Of a stretch of DNA of 64,000 nucleotides, positions 17,850-26,413 are shown piece by piece. The stretch's first letter is position 1. Each line of letters opens with the position of its first letter. The translations under genes and the position numbers were made by a program. Below the pieces are notes generated by a model. That model worked only from the letters and a program-made list of their open reading frames with translations. It was not told the DNA's origin and searched no databases. Origin of the DNA: Nitrospirota bacterium (GTDB taxonomy: Bacteria; Nitrospirota; Nitrospiria; 2-01-FULL-66-17). Where the stretch lies: positions 277,852-341,851 of the forward strand of contig JBMOMC010000043.1 in the NCBI GenBank assembly GCA_049325335.1, given 5' to 3'.

Positions 17850-19187
17850 CTGGCAGCGGAGCACACAAAGACCCGACAAGTACTCACCGCACTTTTTGCC
17901 GCGGCCATTCGGGCGGCAAACCCCGCGGTGCTCGTCAAAAAATCCCTGTCGATCAAGAATCGCCGACTGATCGTCGGCAAGCAGTCCTACGCGCTCGATA
18001 AGTACGAGCGCGTCATCGTGGTTGGCGGCGGCAAGGCCGTGGTGCCGATGGCCGCCGCGGTCGAGCACCTCCTCAAGAGCCGCCTCGACGCCGGCCTGGT
18101 GGTCACCCGCTACGGCCACGGCGGCACGCTCGGCAAAATCGAAGTCGTGGAGGCGGGCCACCCCATTCCGGATCGGACCGGGTTGGCTGCGGGCCAGCGC
18201 GTGCTGGATATGCTGCGCAAAGCCGGGGAACGCGACTTGGTGATCGCGTTGATTTCCGGAGGCGGCTCGGCGTTGCTGCCCGTGCCGGTGGACGGCGTTA
18301 CGCTGACCGATAAACAAGTCGTCACCGCGTTGCTGCTGCGCGCGGGCGGCACCATCCAAGAGATCAACACGGTGCGCAAGCACCTGTCGCAACTCAAAGG
18401 CGGCAACATGGTCACGGCGGCGGCACCGGCCACGGTGCTGTCCCTGGTCCTTTCGGACGTGGTGGGCAACGACCTGGCCAGCATCGCATCCGGCCCCACG
18501 GTTCCCGATCCCACCACGTTCCAGGACGCCGCCGCGATCCTCCATCATTACGAACTGTGGGACAAGATCCCGCAGGCGGTGAAGGACCATCTGGTGCAAG
18601 GCAGCCGCAGCGGGTCGGGAGACACGCCGAAACCCAGCCATCCCGCGTTCGCCAAGGTGAACAACGTGATCGTGGGCGACGTGCGTGTCGCGCTGAATGC
18701 CGCCGCGGCGCAGGTCAAACGTCTTGGCTACCATCCGCTGGTGCTGACATCGTCTCTGGTCGGCGAGACGCGCGAGGTGGCCAAAGTGTTCGGCGCCATG
18801 GTGCGGGAGCTGGCGGAATCAGACCGGCCAATCAAACGCCCCGCCGCGCTCATCGCGGGCGGCGAAACCACGGTCACGGTGCGCGGTCAGGGTGCCGGCG
18901 GACGTTGCCAGGAGTTCACGCTTGCGATGGCCCTGGAAATCGCGGGGATGAAAAAAGTCACGGCCTTTGCCTTCGGCACGGACGGCACCGACGGATCGAC
19001 CGACGTCGCCGGCGCCATGGCCGACGGCAACACGCTCGACAAAGCCCGCGACCTCGGCCTCCAGCCGCAACGCTTCCTCGACCAAAACGACTCCTACACC
19101 TTCTTCCACACCCTCGCCCAAACCATCCAAACCGGACCCACGAGAACCAACGTCACTGATATCTACTGCGCGCTGGTCGGGAAGTAA
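17850..19187 (+). CDS. Glycerate 2-kinase, MOFRL/TtuD family (probable CTG start)
   Basis: GGGKA, GHPIPD, LISGGGSAL, GGETTV, GTDGTDG, TGPTRTNV; conserved first helix lies upstream of GTG 17928. Confidence 0.9.
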   Translation: MAAEHTKTRQVLTALFAAAIRAANPAVLVKKSLSIKNRRLIVGKQSYALDKYERVIVVGGGKAVVPMAAAVEHLLKSRLDAGLVVTRYGHGGTLGKIEVVEAGHPIPDRTGLAAGQRVLDMLRKAGERDLVIALISGGGSALLPVPVDGVTLTDKQVVTALLLRAGGTIQEINTVRKHLSQLKGGNMVTAAAPATVLSLVLSDVVGNDLASIASGPTVPDPTTFQDAAAILHHYELWDKIPQAVKDHLVQGSRSGSGDTPKPSHPAFAKVNNVIVGDVRVALNAAAAQVKRLGYHPLVLTSSLVGETREVAKVFGAMVRELAESDRPIKRPAALIAGGETTVTVRGQGAGGRCQEFTLAMALEIAGMKKVTAFAFGTDGTDGSTDVAGAMADGNTLDKARDLGLQPQRFLDQNDSYTFFHTLAQTIQTGPTRTNVTDIYCALVGK

Positions 19188-19336
19188 CCGCGCCGTCGGT
19201 TGACGGTCGTCGGCGATCCGACGGAAACGCTGTTCGTGTTAATGACAGGCCACAGGATTACGTAGGTCCTAACGATCAAAGATTTGACCCTGCGCGATGC
19301 TGATCCGAACCCTTGCAACATTCGCAAGAAGGCTGT

Positions 19337-20062
19337 ATGAACGCCCGTGACACTGTCGACGCATTCGTTGCCCATCTCGCCGCGAACGGCCACCCCGGCT
19401 TGAAGGTAGAACGACGACCCGATGATGAGAACCATAGCTCTCCGGACATCGATGCCATTGCTGGTGCCTTCGCGATTGAGCACACCAGTATCGACACCCT
19501 GCCGAACCAGCGTCGCGCCGCTGATTGGTTTATGCGCGCGGCGGGTCGCCTAAAATGCGAACTTGAACACAAGCTGCCGTTCCGCTTGAACATTACGATC
19601 GAGTACGATGCGGTAGCCAGAGGTCAAGACTGGCCCGCCATTCGCTCAGCGCTCAAGACCTGGGTGGTGACCGAAGCCACGCACCTTGCCGACGGAAGGG
19701 TCATCGTCGACAGTCCGACGGGCATCCCCTTCCGTCTTCACGTCGTGAAGTCGAGTGAACGTCGTCCGGGCGTCCTCTTGGCACGCTACCTGCCAGATGA
19801 CGACACTCTTCTTGCACGAGTGAGGGCCGCATTCGATATAAAAGCGGCGAAGCTCGCGAAGTACCAGTGCCCAGGGGTTATAACCGTTTTGCTCGTCGAG
19901 AACGACGCTCTCATGAGCGAATGGAAAATGATCGAAGCGATCAGGGCCGCCTTTCCCTCCGGCCCACCGGCTGGTGTCGATCGGGTTTGGGGCGCGGATA
20001 CGTCGATCCCGAGCGCGATTGAGTTTCGAGACTTCACGCCGGAGATTTGGTACACACAGTGA
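19337..20062 (+). CDS. Hypothetical protein, possible PD-(D/E)xK-like nuclease
   Basis: PDIDAIAGAFAIEHT motif; atypical codon usage. Confidence 0.5.
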   Translation: MNARDTVDAFVAHLAANGHPGLKVERRPDDENHSSPDIDAIAGAFAIEHTSIDTLPNQRRAADWFMRAAGRLKCELEHKLPFRLNITIEYDAVARGQDWPAIRSALKTWVVTEATHLADGRVIVDSPTGIPFRLHVVKSSERRPGVLLARYLPDDDTLLARVRAAFDIKAAKLAKYQCPGVITVLLVENDALMSEWKMIEAIRAAFPSGPPAGVDRVWGADTSIPSAIEFRDFTPEIWYTQ

Positions 20063-20067
20063 TTCCG

Positions 20068-20874
20068 TCAGGGCAGGAATCTCCTTTCCGTGGAGGGCTT
20101 CTGCGACTTCAATAGGATCTCCTTTATCCTTCTGTATTCTTCCATTGAAAATGGCGGGATCGGAACCTGAAAGTGTGGCGCGAGCCTATCTTCGAGTACT
20201 GCCCGGTCCCAAAGTGATATGCGTCGATCCTTCACTGCCAGCGCCGTAGCTCCCTTGGTGAACGACGAGGTTGTCACTACAATCCCCTTGCTGCACTTAT
20301 GGAAAAGCATTCCGCCAAGGAGTTCTTGGATCGCTTTGTTGCTTATGGGACTCGACGATCTCTTGGCTTGGACGACGATATACTCATTTGGCGGGCCAAC
20401 TCGCTTCAAAATCAGATCGGCGCCCTGATCCCCAGCCCCTCCTGTAGTTTTGACTTGGTAACCCTCTTTCGCGAAGTATACGGATAAGAGATGTTCAAAC
20501 TCATTACCGGTCATCGTGTCGATCTTATTAAACTGCAATTCGTGATGGAGAGATTCCCATTCTTGCTTGGCAAGATTCTCATTTTCCCTTTCACGGTTTG
20601 CTTGCAAAATCAGAGACCACTCACGCAGAACCGTCTTGTAAACAGCACAGGCCCGATCATACTTTTCCTTTTCCTGGACGTTTTCACCCCACAACAAAGT
20701 AGTCAGTTTGCCGATTATTCCCTTCCGCTGGGACGGGTCTTGAGGTATCGTCGGAGCGCCTTGGGAATCTAAAAAAAACAGCACCTCGCGACAGCGACCA
20801 CAAATCGCCTTCCACCCAGGGGCTGGCCATTGGACGTTGTTTTGAGCACTACATTTCGGACAGGAAACTATCAT
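20068..20874 (-). CDS. Mrr-like (type IV) restriction endonuclease with N-terminal zinc ribbon
   Basis: MTGNEFEHLL...GDQGADLI...VVQAKR...VVTTSSFT; CPKC...CGRC; visibly lower GC. Confidence 0.85.
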   Translation of the reverse strand: MIVSCPKCSAQNNVQWPAPGWKAICGRCREVLFFLDSQGAPTIPQDPSQRKGIIGKLTTLLWGENVQEKEKYDRACAVYKTVLREWSLILQANRERENENLAKQEWESLHHELQFNKIDTMTGNEFEHLLSVYFAKEGYQVKTTGGAGDQGADLILKRVGPPNEYIVVQAKRSSSPISNKAIQELLGGMLFHKCSKGIVVTTSSFTKGATALAVKDRRISLWDRAVLEDRLAPHFQVPIPPFSMEEYRRIKEILLKSQKPSTERRFLP

Positions 20875-20956
20875 TCTTTCACAGAGCAGCAAGCAGGGTT
20901 AAGAGTATTGACTCTATTAAATTCATCGGTGTTGCATCGTTAGTATCCCCCCCGCG

Positions 20957-21376
20957 TCAGCACTCCTCGATCCACAGCACGTTCTGCGCAAATGGCGTGG
21001 TCTTGATCACCCGGCACAAGGCGCGGTCGGCGGTGACCAGAGGGCACCCTTCGAGAACCGCCAACGCGATGTACACGCTGTCGTACATGGTTCGCCCGAG
21101 GCCGACGGCGATCTCGAAGGCGGGATCCAGAAGCGGAGCGGAGGACACGATGTCGAACGGGACGATCTTGATCGCCTTGAGGATTTCCCGCCCTTCATCC
21201 CGGGTGATGTCGCCCAAACGGGTCTTCTTCCACAAGATGTTGCCGAATTCGGCCAGAAAGAGATCGGGAACCGCCAGCGAATGGTCTCCTTCAAACAGGC
21301 GAAGCGCCGCGTCGCTGTGCACTTCCGGAATGAACCACTTCGCCGCCACGCTGGCGTCGACGACGTAGCGGCTCAC
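20957..21376 (-). CDS. VapC-family PIN toxin
   Basis: YVVDASVAAKW, E, YDSVYIALA, LVTAD acidic residues. Confidence 0.92.
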   Translation of the reverse strand: MSRYVVDASVAAKWFIPEVHSDAALRLFEGDHSLAVPDLFLAEFGNILWKKTRLGDITRDEGREILKAIKIVPFDIVSSAPLLDPAFEIAVGLGRTMYDSVYIALAVLEGCPLVTADRALCRVIKTTPFAQNVLWIEEC

Positions 21377-21603
21377 CGCGAGCGATCTTCGGCAAGCAAG
21401 TCGGCGCTGTCGTGGTGTGAACGCCCCGCAAGACGCTTCCGGATTTGCGCGGCGAGGGCGCGGGCTCGACGCATCTCACTCCGCGCCGCCTGCTCGATGA
21501 CCGCTTTGAGCTCCGCTTGCAGCGATCGGCCATGTTGTTTGGCGCGTTGCTTCAGGCGCTCTACCACATCGGGGGCGAGACCTCGGATCAAGACTTGAGA
21601 CAT
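21373..21603 (-). CDS. FitA-like ribbon-helix-helix antitoxin
   Basis: MSQVLIRGLAPDVVERLKQRAKQHGRSLQAEL; overlaps the toxin start; GGAGG SD. Confidence 0.9.
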   Translation of the reverse strand: MSQVLIRGLAPDVVERLKQRAKQHGRSLQAELKAVIEQAARSEMRRARALAAQIRKRLAGRSHHDSADLLAEDRSR

Positions 21604-21782
21604 GGGGTGCCTCCGGGACAAGAAGATAGCAATACGATAGCATAACCCGCCGCACAATTCATGGCAGGTCGGGGGCAGCTCCAACATGGTCCTGCTGGAG
21701 TCGGAGTACTATTTCTGGCAAGTCCGAACCCCGTCCACTCAAGAGGCCGACGTTGCATCCACCTTGGCATGAGGAGTAGTCT

Positions 21783-22001
21783 ATGACTATGAAACAGTCA
21801 ACGGTTTCCTGCAGTCCCGACGTGATGGGGGGGACCCCGGTTTTCTCCGGTACCCGGGTTCCCGTTCAGACGTTACTCGACTACCTGGAAGCCGGGGAGT
21901 CGATCGATGATTTTCTTGAAGGCTTTCCCTCCGTCACCAGAGAGCAGGTCGTCGCCTTCCTCGAAGAGGCTAAAGATCGAGTGATCGCCTCGGCGTCGTG
22001 A
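21783..22001 (+). CDS. DUF433 antitoxin (VapB45-like)
   Basis: PDVMGGTPVFSGTRVPV...GESIDDFLEGFPSV. Confidence 0.92.
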   Translation: MTMKQSTVSCSPDVMGGTPVFSGTRVPVQTLLDYLEAGESIDDFLEGFPSVTREQVVAFLEEAKDRVIASAS

Positions 22002-22318
22002 ACATCCTTCTCGACGAGTGCGTGGATTGGCGGCTCTCGCGCGACTTGGTCGGTCACGATATCAAGACCGCGCGTCAGATGGGATGGGCCATGATCAAGA
22101 ACGGTGAGTAGCTGTTGCTCGCGGAGCAACAGTTTGACGTGTTCGTCACGGTCGATCGCAATCTGTCGTTTCAACAGAATCTGGTGTCGTTCAAGATCGC
22201 AGTTGTTGTCCTCCGAGCCCGGACCAATCGACTGGCTGATCTCAGACCGCTGGTGCCCAAACTCCTTGCGGTTCTCCCAAGTGTTAGGCCAGGTGCCGTG
22301 ACGTATATCGGCGTCTAA
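21998..22318 (+). pseudogene. DUF5615/VapC45-like PIN toxin interrupted by in-frame TAG at 22109-22111
   Basis: MNILLDECVDWRLSRDLVGHDIKTARQMGWAMIKNGE*LLLAEQQFDVFVTVDRNL in one frame. Confidence 0.88.
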
Positions 22319-22364
22319 CCCCGCTGGTCGAGCATATCCTTCAACATGCGGTGGCTGGCGCCGG

Positions 22365-23852
22365 TCAGAACAAGTTTTGTTGGATCTCCCGTTCCGGCGG
22401 TTTTCTCGGCGCCTGCACGTCTTCCATTCGCCGCAGCTCGTCCTGAATATCCGCCAAGTACCGCGACGGCTCGGCGTGGCGCGTTTCGCCGTAGAGAAAC
22501 CGCTTGACGGCCGACGAGAGGAACAGCCGCTGCTTGGCGCGCGTCATGCCCACGAAAAAGAGGCGGCGCTCTTCCTCCAGGTCCTCGGATCGCTCGTAGG
22601 GTAATAGCCCTTCTTCACAGCCCGCGATAAAGACCACGGGGAATTCCAGGCCCTTGGCGCGATGGAGCGTCATCAGGTTGATCGCATCGCCCCGAGGGCC
22701 TTCCTCGCCTGAGATCAACTGCTCCATGTCTTCGGTGGGGTGGGGCTTGCCGAAGCAGCGACAGGGGAGCCCGGAGCGTTCGAGCGCGTCCGTGATCACG
22801 CGGGCTTGGGCGTGCAGACGGTAGAGGATGGCGATATTGCCCAGGCCGTAGGCGTGACGTTCGTCGTCGGCCTGAGCCCAGCCGCTGTCGATGGTGAAGT
22901 GGCTGGAGCCGCCCAGAAGACCCTCGATCTTGCGCACGATCATTTCCGCTTCTTGTCGATCCGTGCCGTACCGGGCGATGGCGAGGGGCAAGCCGTTGGC
23001 CAGACGGGCGGTCAGTTGCCGAGGCAGTTGCGCCGGGCTTTTGGCGATGACTTGCGTCGCGGCTCCGACGATCACGCCTTGCGACCGGTAGTTCTCTGAG
23101 AGGCGGCAGACGCGATGGTTGGGGAAGTCCGTTTTGAACGCTTCGAACGCGCGAAAACTTCCGGCGAAACCGTAGATGGCCTGGTCGGGGTCCCCGATCA
23201 CGCAGAGTTGGTGCGATGTCAGCGACCGCATGAATTGATACTGGGCAAAGCTCGTGTCTTGGAACTCGTCGATCACGATGTGCGTGAAACGGGGGCGATA
23301 AGCCGCCGCAACGTCGGGGCGCTCTTTGAACAAACGAGTGGCGTAGAGGAATAGGTCGTCGAAGTCGAGTTGCCGCCTTGCCGTGAGCCGTTTCTGGTAT
23401 TCCGACGCGGGGCCGTCCTCGGGCCATTGGAGTCGCTGCTTCGTTTGTCGAACCGCGTCGAGAAACGACGACCGATCTTTTCGAGACACAAGGCCTTCGA
23501 GCAGTGCGGGCTTGTCTTCGTCGGTAACGAGCGAAAACTCGACGCCGGGACCGAAGGGATATGCGTGTTCCTGCAGGATGCGTAAGGCCGCGGCGTGGTA
23601 CGTCTCCACCCACAGGCCATCGGGCAGCGTTCCCAACAGATTCCCCAGTCGCTCCTTCATCTCCGCGGCTGCGCTGCGCGTGAACGTGACGGCCAGGATG
23701 TGTTCGGGTGGGACGTGGTGATCTTGAATCAGGTGCGCGATATGGTGCGCGAAGGTCCTGGTCTTTCCTGTCCCGGGGCCCGCCACGATGATGACCGGGC
23801 CGTCCACGGCGTGGACCGCGGCCAGTTGCGCGGGGTTGAGGCGCTCAGGCAT
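22365..23852 (-). CDS. Compact UvrD/Rep-like SF1A helicase
   Basis: AGPGTGKT, DEFQD, GDPDQAIY, ENYRS, TLHRAKGLEF, EEERRLFFVGMTRAK. Confidence 0.93.
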   Translation of the reverse strand: MPERLNPAQLAAVHAVDGPVIIVAGPGTGKTRTFAHHIAHLIQDHHVPPEHILAVTFTRSAAAEMKERLGNLLGTLPDGLWVETYHAAALRILQEHAYPFGPGVEFSLVTDEDKPALLEGLVSRKDRSSFLDAVRQTKQRLQWPEDGPASEYQKRLTARRQLDFDDLFLYATRLFKERPDVAAAYRPRFTHIVIDEFQDTSFAQYQFMRSLTSHQLCVIGDPDQAIYGFAGSFRAFEAFKTDFPNHRVCRLSENYRSQGVIVGAATQVIAKSPAQLPRQLTARLANGLPLAIARYGTDRQEAEMIVRKIEGLLGGSSHFTIDSGWAQADDERHAYGLGNIAILYRLHAQARVITDALERSGLPCRCFGKPHPTEDMEQLISGEEGPRGDAINLMTLHRAKGLEFPVVFIAGCEEGLLPYERSEDLEEERRLFFVGMTRAKQRLFLSSAVKRFLYGETRHAEPSRYLADIQDELRRMEDVQAPRKPPEREIQQNLF

Positions 23853-25128
23853 CGAACAGCGCCATTTGGCGCTTGGACGTCAAATCCTCTTCCGACAGGA
23901 GTGAGATGGTGCCGTATTCGCCGTCGTAGCCCGCATCGATCCTGACCTTGCCGCGGCGCATGCGGTCCACCGCCAGCGCGACCAACGGGTGTTCCTTCTC
24001 CAGGCGGGGGAGCGGGAGTTCGCGCAGGATGAACAGTTCGTTGCCGAACGATTCGAGCAGGCGACGATAGAGCGCATCGACCCTGACGCTGGTCGGGCCC
24101 ACGCGCAGGACCTCACTCAAGACCTCCTTGAGCGGGATCAGATTCTCAAAATCCGCGGCGCCGGCCGGCTGGTTCGCTTCGGGCCGATCCGCGAGGCGCT
24201 CGACGCGGTGCAGCACGCCCACGGTCACCGGCTTGTTGCAGACCGGGCACAGGCCGTTGCGCTGGAGCGTTTCCTTGGGATCAAGGCGCGTCTGGCACTT
24301 GCGGTGCCCGTCCACGTGGTACTTGCCCTCTTCGGGGAAGAACTCCAACGTCTTGAGGAACCGGCCGTCGCGGGATTTGATCGCGTCGAAGATGCCAGCG
24401 TAGGACAAGTCGGTGTCTAACAGGTTGGCTTCACGCCCCAACTTCTCCGGCGAGTGTGCGTCGGAATTCGAAATTAGCGTGATACCGTCCAACTGGGACA
24501 ATCGCCAATTCATCGCCGGGTCGGACGACAGGCCGGTCTCGATCGCGAAGATGTGCGGGGTGAGGTCTTCGAAACATTCTTCCAACGAGTCGAACCCGGA
24601 CTCCGACCCGAACACCGCAAAATGGGGCGTCCACGCGTGCGCCGGAATAAGCACGCCGTGCGGGTCGGCCTTCAGGACCAGTTCGAGCAGGTTGCGCGAG
24701 TCGAGTCCGAGAATCGGCCGGCCGTCGGAGCGGATGTTGCCGATCTTGGCCAGGCTGGCGTTGAAGCGCTCGGCCGACTCGAACGACGGCATGAAGACCA
24801 GGTGGTGGACCTTGCGCACGCGCGGGCCCTTTTTGTAAATGCAACTGATCTCCACGCCGAGCATAAAGCGCACCGGCGCCCGGCAGGACGGGAACAGGGC
24901 GTCATCAACCGGCTTGGCGATGTCCGGTTTGAGCGTGAACAGGCCGGCTTCGGACTCGATCAGCATGTCCCGCAGTTCCGCAAACCACGCCGGATGCGTG
25001 AAGTCCCCGGTGGCGAGCGCGGTGATGCCCTTGAGCTGGCACCACTCGTACAGGCGCGCGGGGCGAAGTTGGGGGCTGCACGCGCGCGAGAGATAGGAAT
25101 GGATGTGGAGATCGGCGACGATTTTCAT
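23845..25128 (-). CDS. Endonuclease Q family PHP-domain protein
   Basis: DLHIHS, TGDFTHP, PAHAWTP, ETGLSSD, SNSDAHS, GKYHVDGHRKC...CPVC, GYDGEYG. Confidence 0.92.
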   Translation of the reverse strand: MKIVADLHIHSYLSRACSPQLRPARLYEWCQLKGITALATGDFTHPAWFAELRDMLIESEAGLFTLKPDIAKPVDDALFPSCRAPVRFMLGVEISCIYKKGPRVRKVHHLVFMPSFESAERFNASLAKIGNIRSDGRPILGLDSRNLLELVLKADPHGVLIPAHAWTPHFAVFGSESGFDSLEECFEDLTPHIFAIETGLSSDPAMNWRLSQLDGITLISNSDAHSPEKLGREANLLDTDLSYAGIFDAIKSRDGRFLKTLEFFPEEGKYHVDGHRKCQTRLDPKETLQRNGLCPVCNKPVTVGVLHRVERLADRPEANQPAGAADFENLIPLKEVLSEVLRVGPTSVRVDALYRRLLESFGNELFILRELPLPRLEKEHPLVALAVDRMRRGKVRIDAGYDGEYGTISLLSEEDLTSKRQMALFDA

Positions 25129-25185
25129 GGGCGGCGTATCGTATCACGACCCCGAAGAGGTGACTAGTCCCGACTCGCCGGTGTC

Positions 25186-25211
25186 GTCATTCCCCGAAGG
25201 CGGGAATCCAG
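25186..25211. repeat. dRS3/REP-like ATTCCC-N7-GGGAAT palindrome
   Basis: GTCATTCCCCGAAGGCGGGAATCCAG. Confidence 0.6.
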
Positions 25212-25216
25212 GACGT

Positions 25217-26413
25217 CTATCCATTGTGATCCGTTCGCTCTTGCAGCATCACGCACTGCAAGTACTCAGTCTCCGGAATCCCCAGCACGATCGGATGATC
25301 CGGCCCTTGCGTGCGGCGTTCGATCAGGCGGAACGGGCGTTTGGCGTCACCGGCTGCATCGACCAGGGCCTCGTGAAACGTGGCGGCGTCGATCGGGTGC
25401 GAGCACGAACACGTGACCAGCACGCCGCCGGGCGCGAGCAACGACATCCCGATCCGGTTGATCTCCTCGTAGCCACGTAGCGCGCGGGCTTTGTCTTTTC
25501 GCGCTTTGGCGAATGAGGGCGGGTCGAGGATGATCAGTTCGTATTGAGCGCCGGCGACGAGGAGTCCCCGCAGTTCGTCGAACACGTCGGCCTGACGGTA
25601 CTCCACGCGTTCGCCCAGTCCGTTACGGGACGCGTTGGCCCGCGCCATGGCCAAGGCTTTCTCGGAGGCGTCGAGTCCCAACACGCTCGCGGCGCCGTAG
25701 TGCAACGCGTGCAGGCCCCACGCGCCCGCGTAGCAGAATGTGTCCAGCACCCGCGCGCCTTTGGCCCACGGGGCGATGGCGCGGTAGTTGGCGGATTGAT
25801 CCAGAAACAGCCCGGTTTTCTGGCCCTCCCACACATCGACCTCAAACGACAGACCGTTTTTGGTCACGACCACGCGATCCGGCTTGGCGCCGTGCAACAG
25901 GCGTTTCTCAACGGGTAGGCCTTCGAGTTTGCGCGAACCCGCGTCGTTGCGCGCCACAATCGCGGTCGGCTGAAATCGATCGACCAATGCGTTGACGATG
26001 GCGTCGGTCAGCCGATCCATGCCTGCGGTGAGGATCTGTGCCACCAGAACGGACCCGTAGCGATCCACGATTAATCCGGGCAATCCGTCGGCTTCCCCGA
26101 ACACCACACGATACGCCTCCTCGCCCGGTACCACGGCATCCCGAAGGGCCTGAGCGCGATTGATCGCGCGCGCGATGAACGCGGCGTCGATTTCCACGGC
26201 CTCGCGCGAGAGCAGGCGCACCGCGATCACGGACTTGGGGTTGTAGTACCCGCGGCCGATCCACTGTCCTTGCGCGGTCCGCACGTCCACGATGGAGCCT
26301 GGCGGGGCGGTTTTGGGCGGGCGCGCGAGTTCGTTGGCGTAGATCCAGGGATGCCCGGATTCAAGACGACCGAGCGCGGCCGGTTTGAGCGTGAGCGCGA
26401 GCGGCGCGGTCAT
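25217..26413 (-). CDS. rlmI: RlmI-like 23S rRNA m5C methyltransferase
   Basis: PUA domain GHPWIY, GQKTGLFLDQ, LDTFCYAG, LDPPSF, TCSCS. Confidence 0.85.
   Translation of the reverse strand: MTAPLALTLKPAALGRLESGHPWIYANELARPPKTAPPGSIVDVRTAQGQWIGRGYYNPKSVIAVRLLSREAVEIDAAFIARAINRAQALRDAVVPGEEAYRVVFGEADGLPGLIVDRYGSVLVAQILTAGMDRLTDAIVNALVDRFQPTAIVARNDAGSRKLEGLPVEKRLLHGAKPDRVVVTKNGLSFEVDVWEGQKTGLFLDQSANYRAIAPWAKGARVLDTFCYAGAWGLHALHYGAASVLGLDASEKALAMARANASRNGLGERVEYRQADVFDELRGLLVAGAQYELIILDPPSFAKARKDKARALRGYEEINRIGMSLLAPGGVLVTCSCSHPIDAATFHEALVDAAGDAKRPFRLIERRTQGPDHPIVLGIPETEYLQCVMLQERTDHNG

Noticed and set aside
22109..22111. Amber recoding (pyrrolysine or alternative code)
   Set aside because: Single case at an expected Leu position; conserved genes in the window end in TAG; no pyl genes seen.
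22311..22330. GTCTAAC at the toxin stop as an attC R'' site
   Set aside because: No matching R' box or attC stem downstream.
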